From NCBI GenBank assembly GCA_004022145.1, contig RCNU01000022.1: 64,000 nucleotides of DNA; one strand, 5' to 3'. This document shows positions 55,477 to 64,000 of the stretch, piece by piece; the first letter of the stretch is position 1, and every line of letters starts with the position of its first letter. The notes beneath the pieces were generated by a model, which saw only the letters and a program-made list of their open reading frames with translations, was not told where the DNA came from and searched no databases. The stretch comes from Paecilomyces variotii. Taxonomy: Eukaryota. Position numbers and translations under genes: made by a program.

Positions 55477-58400
55477 ATGTCAAGGTCAGCGACTCCCGCA
55501 CTGCCTCTGCACAATGCGCACATCTCCATCGACCGGCCAGCGGCAACCGCGTCGCCGTCCTCGCGACCTAATGCTCCATCGGTGAGAGCTCCTTGTCCGT
55601 TCGAATGAACAGAGAATCGTCACGGCTGACTGATCGCGTGCTCTAGTCATCTACGGCCGCATATTCCCTATTAGATCCTCAGCAGGTTGCGGAGCGACTC
55701 AACACCTCCCTGGTTCACGGCCTCACACCCGCAGAGGCTGAAATACGACTCCTACGAGATGGACCCAATGAGTTGCCCCACGAAGAACCGGAGCCGCTAT
55801 GGCTGCGCTTCCTGAAGCAATTCAAGGAGACCTTGATCCTCCTCCTCCTGGCCTCCGCAGGTTTGTCCTTCTTCATGGGCAACTACGATGATGCCGTCAG
55901 TATCACTCTCGCCGTGACGATCGTGGTGACGGTAGGATTCGTGCAGGAATACAGATCGGAGCAATCCCTTGAGGCCTTGAGTCGACTTGTCCCTCATTAT
56001 GCCCACTTGATTCGCAACGTGCCCACCGGAGGTACCCGTACTCCCCTGACCACGAGCGGCGGGAGTGAATATGAACTTCACGACCTACGGACCAACACCC
56101 CTAGCCCAGCGTCAGCCGCCGCGAAGGCATCCACCACCGTTGCGGCAGCACAGTTGGTTCCAGGAGATTTGGTCTTGTTTTCGACGGGAGATCGCATTCC
56201 TGCTGATATTCGTATTACCGCTGCCACGGACCTGAGCATTGACGAGTCGAATCTGACCGGAGAGAATGAACCGGTTGCCAAATACGCCGATGCGCTGGGG
56301 ACTGCTGCCGCGGCTGCACCAGAGACACCAAAGATTATCACCCCCCCTCGTTCTCCGTTTTTCGACGCACCAGCTGCTGGCACAGTGGGGGCAGATGTCC
56401 GCTTGAATGAACAACATAATATCGCTTTCATGGGTACGCTAGTGAGATCGGGTTACGGTCAGGGAATTGTCATCGCAACTGGACCCAACACTGAGTTCGG
56501 TAGCATATCAGCTTCGTTGCAGGAGATTGAGAGCCCCAGAACGCCATTGCAGCTATCCATGGACCGCTTAGGTCAGGAGCTGAGCTACATGTCGTTTGGT
56601 GTCATCGGCCTTATCGTTCTAATTGGCGTGTTGCAAGGAAGGAAGCTCCTCGAGATGTTTACGATAGGTGTCTCGCTGGCAGTGGCTGCGATTCCGGAAG
56701 GTCTCCCTATCATTGTGACAGTCACCCTTGCCCTTGGCGTCCTCCGCATGGCCAAGCGAGGAGCGATCATGCGAAGGCTTCCAAGTGTGGAGACCCTGGG
56801 ATCGGTCAATGTCGTGTGTAGCGACAAGACGGGGACGTTGACAATGAACCATATGACAGTCACCAAGATGTGGCATTTCGATTGTCCTGAACCCTTCGAA
56901 GTCCACAAAGACATTACGTCGTTGACCCCTGGACCTGCGGCGCGGACTGTACTCAGAGTGGGAAACATTGCTAACAATGCTCGACTGTCGCGCGTGCATG
57001 CAAACTCGCCCGCAAGCGCTTCGTCGGCTGCAGTGCTGTCCTCGACTGCCGATAGCTCGTCAGGCGCAGTGAAGAGCAGGTGGGTAGGCCAACCGACCGA
57101 CGTTGCCATTCTTGACCTGCTGGACGCCTTTGGAGAGGATGATGTGCGAGAACGGATCAGTGCCCGTGTCTCGGAAACGCCTTTCAGCTCGGAGCGGAAA
57201 TGGATGGGAGTGATCATTGGAAGTGGCATGTCTGGGGACCCTTCGGGGGGAAACAGCGGCACCGAGGTCGCTTATATCAAGGGTGCTCTGGAGCAAGTGC
57301 TCGCCCGATGTGATACCTATCTGATGAAAGACGGCCGCGAGGTGATCTTGGACGAACCAAGACGACAGGTTATCAGACGTGCAGCAGAGCAGATGGCGGC
57401 AGAAGGACTGAGGGTTCTCGCCTTTGCCAGCGGACCAGCGCCAAAGGGTAGACGATTCGGCAGCCGAAGTGCAACCCCAAGCCCCAAACCGGGTCAGGTT
57501 CAGGAGGATGAAAGGTACACCGGTCTGGTGTTTTCAGGACTCGTGGGCATGAATGATCCGCCGCGAAAGGACGTGTACAAGTCGATCCGGCGACTCATGT
57601 CGGGAGGCGTCCGAGTTATCATGATCACAGGTGATGCGGAGACGACTGCGGTGGCCATTGCGAAGAAGCTTGGAATGCCAGTTAACGACGCTCCCGGATC
57701 GAGATCGGTCCTCAGGGGAGACGAAATAGATCGCATGACCACAGAGGAGCTTTCACAGGCAATGGCAACAGCCACAGTCTTCGCGCGTACGAGTCCTGAC
57801 CATAAGATGAAGATCATTCGAGCTCTCCAGTCGCGCGGCGATGTTGTTGCTATGACTGGAGACGGCGTGAACGATGCGCCTGCACTGAAGAAGGCAGACA
57901 TCGGTATCGCGATGGGCAAGTTGGGAACAGACGTTGCCAAGGAGGCGGCTGACATGATCCTGACCGACGATGATTTCTCGACTATCTTGCGCGCGATTGA
58001 GCAAGGAAAGGGCATCTTCTACAACATCCAGAACTTCATCACCTTCCAGCTTAGCACAAGCGTTGCTGCGCTGACCCTTGTTCTTCTGAGCACGACCCTT
58101 GGCTTCAAGAACCCGCTGAATGCGATGCAAATCTTGTGGATCAGTAAGATTTCCCGGCTTGCAGTTTTATGGTAGATCATCACTGACATTTTTCGCAAGA
58201 TATTCTTATGGACGGCCCACCAGCCCAGTCTTTGGGGGTTGAACCCGTCGACCCGGCGGTCATGTCGCGTCCGCCCCGGCCGAAGCATGCCCGAGTTCTC
58301 ACAAAACCGCTCATCCAGCGTGTGCTCATGTCTGCCTTTATGATTATGCTCGGTACGCTCGCCATCTACGTCTACGAGATGGGCGATGCGGACGACGAGC

Positions 58401-58774
58401 TCAACCCGGGCAAGCGCTCTCGCGTTGTTACGGCCCACGATACGACCATGACCTTCACATGTTTCGTGCTCTTCGACATGTTCAACGCGCTCACTTGTCG
58501 AAGCGAAGGCAAGTCTGTCCTTCGCGGCGAACTGCCGCTCTTCGGCAATAAAATGTTCAACTACGCGGTGCTTGGCTCCCTAGCCGGCCAAGCGTGCGTC
58601 ATCTACCTGCCGTTCCTGCAGCGCATCTTCCAGACGGAGCCTTTGAGTTTCGGCCATCTATTCAGGCTGTTGGTTGTCTCTAGTTCTGTATTCTGGGTCG
58701 ACGAGGGTAGAAAATATCTGAATTCGCTGAAGCGACGAAAAGCCGTCGGTGCGGGATATAGCGTGAATGTCTGA
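55477..58774 (+). CDS. PMR1: Golgi Ca2+/Mn2+ P-type ATPase (SPCA type)
   Basis: [50 protein letters not shown]; exons 55477-55581, 55647-~58144, ~58200-58774. Start has an alternative (see findings). Confidence 0.95.
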
Positions 58775-60100
58775 TTATGAATCCATAGAGAGATGTATTT
58801 AGTTTTCCTTTTCTTTCCTTTCGTTTCCTTTCTGGGTTAACCTGGGGCCGAAGCTGCCGGGTAGGCTGGAAAAAAAGCCACGGACATAAGGATGAGCGGT
58901 ATTTTGCTCTTTCTTCCTTTTTTTTGGTTTATCTGAAACTCGCTGCAATGAATATAAAATCTTTTTTTTTTTTTTGGTTGTTTTCGACATCCCCTTCCAA
59001 TACCGTGTCCATGTCATAGCTACTATACTATACTATACATACTATACGTACTATACGTACCATACATATCATGCCTTTATGTATATGTATAATTCGTTCT
59101 ATATGACCCTTTTCTTTCCTATCTGATTTCATCCCATTCCCCTACCCCGCTAAAATGTTACGTTATACATTAATGAATATTTGCTTCTTCTTCTTCTGCC
59201 CCCACACCTCTCACATCGAACTTGGAGCATTCTTACCTCCCTCGTCTTGTTATTAAACCCCAAAGAATTGAGCGATGAGGTTATGGACACTGTTAATGTT
59301 ATAGAATCGAATAGAATAGAATAGGGTAGGAGCTCGCCAGTTTGCATAGTCACCAGACTCGAGACGACTAGTTGGCTTAACTTAACTAGCTATATGATTT
59401 ATGGTTGATATTAAATAAATTCTAATGCTAATGCTGACCTGGATAGATAAACAAGTGAAATAACTTGTGTTATATTTAAAAAAAACCCCAACTACTAAGT
59501 AAGTAGATATTAACTATAGTTACTAGTTATAGGTTAGCATAACTGGTTAGGAACCAGTTTTTATTTATACTGTGGCTTGATTTGATTCTCTTCTGTCTGC
59601 ACAATCACTTACGAAGATCTATGGCTGGCTCATTTAGATTACATACTTGCCAACTGAGTGAATCTTTCGAAAACTATTCGCCCTAATTAATACATTATAC
59701 TCAACTCAACATCTACAATCGAGGAAGAGAAGAAAATTCCGGATATGATATGGTATGGTATTTATGGCACGGTATCGACTTTTGATGGACCTCACAATTC
59801 CAAGACGCCTATGACACCCAGTCCAATGGCTATGGCTACCCCAAGGTGCGCAACAAAAAAAAGCCGTTGTAAGTATATATATTTACACACAGAGAGATAT
59901 ATATCATATCATCCAGAAGGGGACGAAGGAAAAAAAGAGACGAGCTCCAGGCTAGAACGCAGAGATGGATATATAGAAGAACCAACATGAAGAATTCGCC
60001 GGCCGTGATGGTATAAGGTTGAGAAAACGAAGAACTCCGGAGGGAAAAAAAAAAAAGGGAACGCGAAGAGGAAAAAAGAGGGCGTAAGCACGACGCAAGT

Positions 60101-61956
60101 CTATGCAGATGGCCCTTCGGCCTTCTCCGACACAGGCTTCAACTCGACAGTCCGTCCTGCAGCTTCCAGATCGGCCTGTCGAGGCGCGGGTGCGATGCTC
60201 TCCTCATCGCTGCCTCCACGGCTGCTCTTGCTGGCTCCCTCCAGGGGCGTCCGGCCCTCGAGCATCTCGCTGTGTGGGCCAATGCCGTATCGTTCCGCGG
60301 CCGGGATCTGGTGGCCGTCCTCCATCTGGCAGTTCTTCTGTGGTGTCCAGGCGAGGTAGTCTCGACGGACTTCGACGTAGTCGTAGGCGAATTCTCCTAG
60401 CTGGTCGTCATCCATACCCAGAAGCTCGGCCTCTTCGGACGCTCTCAGGTTCAACCCGGGGATGGCGTTGATCGCATAGGCGATGATGGCGGACATGACG
60501 AAGGAGTAAGCGCAGCAGGCGACGATATAGGCGATCTGGATGTACAGCTGACGGTAGTTGTGGATGAGCCAGCCACCGACAGCGGTGCCGGTAGTGGCGT
60601 TCGTCGTGCCAACGTTGACACCGTCAAGTCCAACAATGGCGTCGGTTCCAAACAGGGCGTTAAAAACGAGTCCGACAATACCGGCGACACCGTGTTCCGC
60701 GAACACATCCATCGAGTCATCGATCCTAATCCAGTATTTCACTGCGAGATTGTTAGTTATCTATAGGACGGGCAAACAACCGAAAACAGCGACACGTACC
60801 CTTGGTGGCATAGTTGCACACGATGCCCGTGACGATACCCAGGATGACACTGGCCCACGGGGGGATGAAACCGGACGCGGGCGTGGCAGCCACCAGGCCC
60901 GAGATCGTACCCGAACACCAACCGACCATGGACCATTTGCGAGCCAGTCGCCAATCGAGGAGAACCCAGGTGATGGCGCCAAAGGCGGCCGTGATGTTGG
61001 AGTTCCAGCAAGCCATGGTCGCACGGACATTGGCACCAAAGGCAGAACCACCGTTGAAACCAAGCCAGCCAAACCACAGGAAGACGGTGCCCAGCAGGAT
61101 CAACGAGACATTGTGTGGGCGGAAGTTGAGCATCATGCGTTCCTGGCGACGGCCCAGGACCATGGAGTATGCCAGGGCCGACAAGCCCGATCCGATTTCG
61201 ACGGGACCACCACCGGCATAGTCCATCACACCGTATTTGTAGGCCCAACCGTTGGAGTTCCAGGCCCAGCAGGCCAAGGGGCAGTAGACGATAGTGGCCC
61301 AGATGAAGGTGAAAACCATGGCGGGAAGCATGCGACCACGCTCAGCTACGGCACCCATGACGATGGCCGCAGTAACGGCGGCGAATTGCATCTGGGGAAG
61401 AGTCAGGTACAGGACATCTTTAAAGAAATCTATATCGCATGTGTCCATACCTCGTAGAAAGCAAAGAGGAGCCCCGGAATGAGGGGTGAAGCAGGACTCG
61501 GGTCGGCCAGGGTTTTCATCAGACCAAAGTTGCGGAGGTTGCCAATGTAGCCGTTGGTGGCTGTAGGAGAGAAGGCGAGCGAGTATCCCCAGAAATACCA
61601 CTGGAAGATGATGACAGACATTGAGCCCATACAGGCCCAGATCATACTGAGCGCGGACTTGCGGCGTGCCAGACCGGAGTAGAGGAAACCAAGACCGGGC
61701 ACCATGACCAGCACCATGGCCGAGGACACGATGATGTAGGCCTGGTCACCCGATTGAAACCATTTGTTCAGATTCTCCGTTCCTGCAGATCAGTGAGCTT
61801 TGTTGTCTTTGCGTGTAATGATATGCAGCCTGGATCCTACGCACGTGAATTTCCGCCTAGATCGGGGTTTGTGGAGAGAGAATAGTCGGCCGGGGCGCCC
61901 GTCCAGTTGTATGAAGCATAATCAGGCGCATAGGGCGCGTGTCCGGAGCCGGACAT
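60101..61956 (-). CDS. meaA: Amt/Mep ammonium transporter, low-affinity MeaA type
   Basis: Four exons; MVPGLGFLYSGLARRKSAL, GAVAERGR, DYAGGGPVEIGSG (Glu at the first twin-His position, as in Mep1/Mep3/MeaA), WFGWLGFNGGS, IDDSMDVFAEHG, GMDDDQLGEFAY. Confidence 0.9.
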
Positions 61957-62898
61957 GTTGAAATGCACGAAGACCGGGGGTCGGTCTTCGCAATGGACTC
62001 GACTGTCGATTCGACCTGGACGAAAATACGGTGCTTTGCTTCGTTCGTTCTAGAAAACCGCAGCGGGAGGCACGTGAGGCGGCGGCGAGTGGTCGAGCGG
62101 ACGGGATTGCAGGAGGGGGTATCACAACGGAGAAGAAGAAGAAGAGAGAAAAATAAATGATAATCAAGAACGGCAATGGGAAGATGATGCCCTCACACAA
62201 CTCGCCTCCGGGCTGACTGGGGGGAGAATGAGACCAGAGACAGCGGAGGCGCAGTCGGGCAGGTATATATTTAATTCTGGACGGCGAGTGGGCCAGCGGA
62301 AGGCGAGAGACGGGGTGATTCCGGAGACGCTATGGATTTGTGTTTGCAATCTGCAAGAGTCAACGGTCAGCGATAGATAGACAAGACACGAGACGACACT
62401 AGACAAGCGACTAGACGCCCGAGAAAAAGAATGGAAAAAAAGAGAGTTTGGCCCGGATCGAGTGGGGAACCATCTGGAACAGACATCACATACCGCGGAG
62501 GAATTGGCTCAATGGCTGGGATGTTGGAGATGTTGGAGATATTGGATGTTATGGATGTTGAAGATGTTGCTCTTGCGATATCAGCCAGCCTGCGATCAAG
62601 CGTGTGCGCACTGTACCAGTAGATAGGTAAGTTGTCGCGAGTGCGTGAGGCTGTAGAGAGAGAGAAAAAAAACAGTCCCAGGCCGAAAGCGTCAGGCCCA
62701 AACCGGGATGGTCTGGGAGAAGAAAAGGCCGAGAACCGCTAGTTAGCGTGGGAGGGAAAGATATTGACAATTCCAATGAGTTAAGATGGTGAGGATATCG
62801 ATCAGCGCGCTAAGTAGGGATCATCATCACAGCAGAAGAAGAGGAAGAAGAAAAGAGAAGAGAAGAAAAAGAAGAGAATTGAAAGCATGGATAGAGAA

Positions 62899-63290
62899 TC
62901 ATCATCATCATCATTATCATCATCATCACCTTTCTTCTCCTCCTCCTCTCATCCTGCCCAGCGAGACCACCAAGTGGCAAAAACCAGAAATCCAGGCAAT
63001 TCTCGGCCGCAAGAAAGGAAATTCACCAGAGCTTAACGCGTCGATCCAATAATCCACTCTGCTCCGAGACCCGCCGGGAGTATCGTATGGTAATAATACC
63101 ATACGGGCAGACCACGACGGACAAGAAAAGAAAAGGAAAGGGAAGGGAATCGAATTATAGAATAGAATGAAAAGAAACGAAATAAAATAAAATAAAATGA
63201 ATTGATTAGTATCTGCAGAGTTTATACAAAGAGCAAGAAATAATAAAAATTCATCATCATCAGCATCAGCATCAGCATCAGCAGCAGCAT
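62899..63290. repeat. Microsatellites (CAT)n and (CAGCAT)n/(CAG)n
   Basis: (CAT)n at ~62899-62927 and (CAT/CAGCAT/CAG)n at ~63251-63290, read directly. Confidence 0.85.
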
Positions 63291-63514
63291 GTCAGTACAT
63301 CATCGCCATTCTGCCAGCCATGCCATGCCGAACACCCCATCCGGGATCCACGCAGGCACCGGCAGTTCTCTCTGTATCAAGAGGAAAGCAGTCTGGAGAA
63401 GAGATCGTCCCTTAGAGAGACACGGAGAGAGAGAGACACAGAGAGAGACGTGCGCAGGATATATCATCTTGTTCTCTTCGAGGGTGGGGGTGGCAGTTTG
63501 ATCTCTCGATCGAT

Positions 63515-63845
63515 CTCTATCTCTTTATCTGTCTCAATCTCTTTTTTTCTCTCTCTCTATATATATACATATATATACATTTTTTTCTTCCTTTCTTTAT
63601 CTCTCCATCCATATCTTCTTGCTTTCTTTATCTCCTATCTCTAAGGGTTCTTTCGCCTCTCTCAGCCTCTGCAGTGTCGAACAACTGGCTGAATGCGTTT
63701 CCATTGGCTGCAGATAACGCCTCTGCCGCCATCACGCCGAGTGGGGCCTCAGAGGGCTTAGCGCTGCCTGTTTTTACCACGTCGGGCTTAGCGCCGATTG
63801 CCAACCGTCGGTCGCAGCCGGCCTGTGATTGGCACAAGATAAGGC
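63515..63845. promoter_or_regulatory. Cluster of HGATAR (AreA-type GATA) sites upstream of meaA
   Basis: About seven YTATCT/AGATAA sites within ~330 bp, plus GATAG at ~62371-62380 and 62621; several lie in CT-rich low-complexity DNA. Confidence 0.4.
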
Positions 63846-64000
63846 GGAAGCCGGCGGTCTGATTGGCCGGGAGACACTCGGGCATCCCGACTGCTCGGGC
63901 GTTTCAGGAACGACATCGGACACCGTATCGCCCCCGATTCCTCTCGCATAATATCTCCTAGTCATCGCAATACCAATCCGGGCGTCGTGAGTGGATGACG

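Overview
Filamentous ascomycete DNA (short GT-AG introns; the proteins look Eurotiales-like) in two sharply different compartments. Positions 1-~14,400 are an extremely AT-rich block of RIP-destroyed repeats. By hand I could decode two minus-strand Ty3/gypsy LTR retrotransposon relics in it, apparently nested. Element A (~1-9250) has protease, RT and integrase plus an unexplained ~2.4 kb tract 3' of integrase. Element B (~9251-12929) has a gag knuckle, protease, RT and RNase H, and is cut off before its integrase. Positions ~15,100-62,000 hold 14 intact-looking genes, mostly housekeeping: an OSCA/TMEM63 channel, MCM4, VTC4, OST1, a pseudouridine glycosidase-kinase fusion, a dienelactone hydrolase-like protein, acuK, TAF14, riboflavin kinase, a DHA1 MFS transporter, a small unknown membrane protein, rad21, pmr1 and meaA. 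I found no convincing novel multi-gene system, secondary-metabolite cluster, RNA gene or CRISPR array. The best leads are the extra ORF-like tract of element A, the GC-context escape from RIP, recurrent intergenic motifs, a 636-nt riboflavin kinase intron, the uORF-bearing leaders of acuK and pmr1, and a probable mitochondrial presequence on the pseudouridine-catabolism fusion. Exon boundaries and de-RIPped translations were read by eye.
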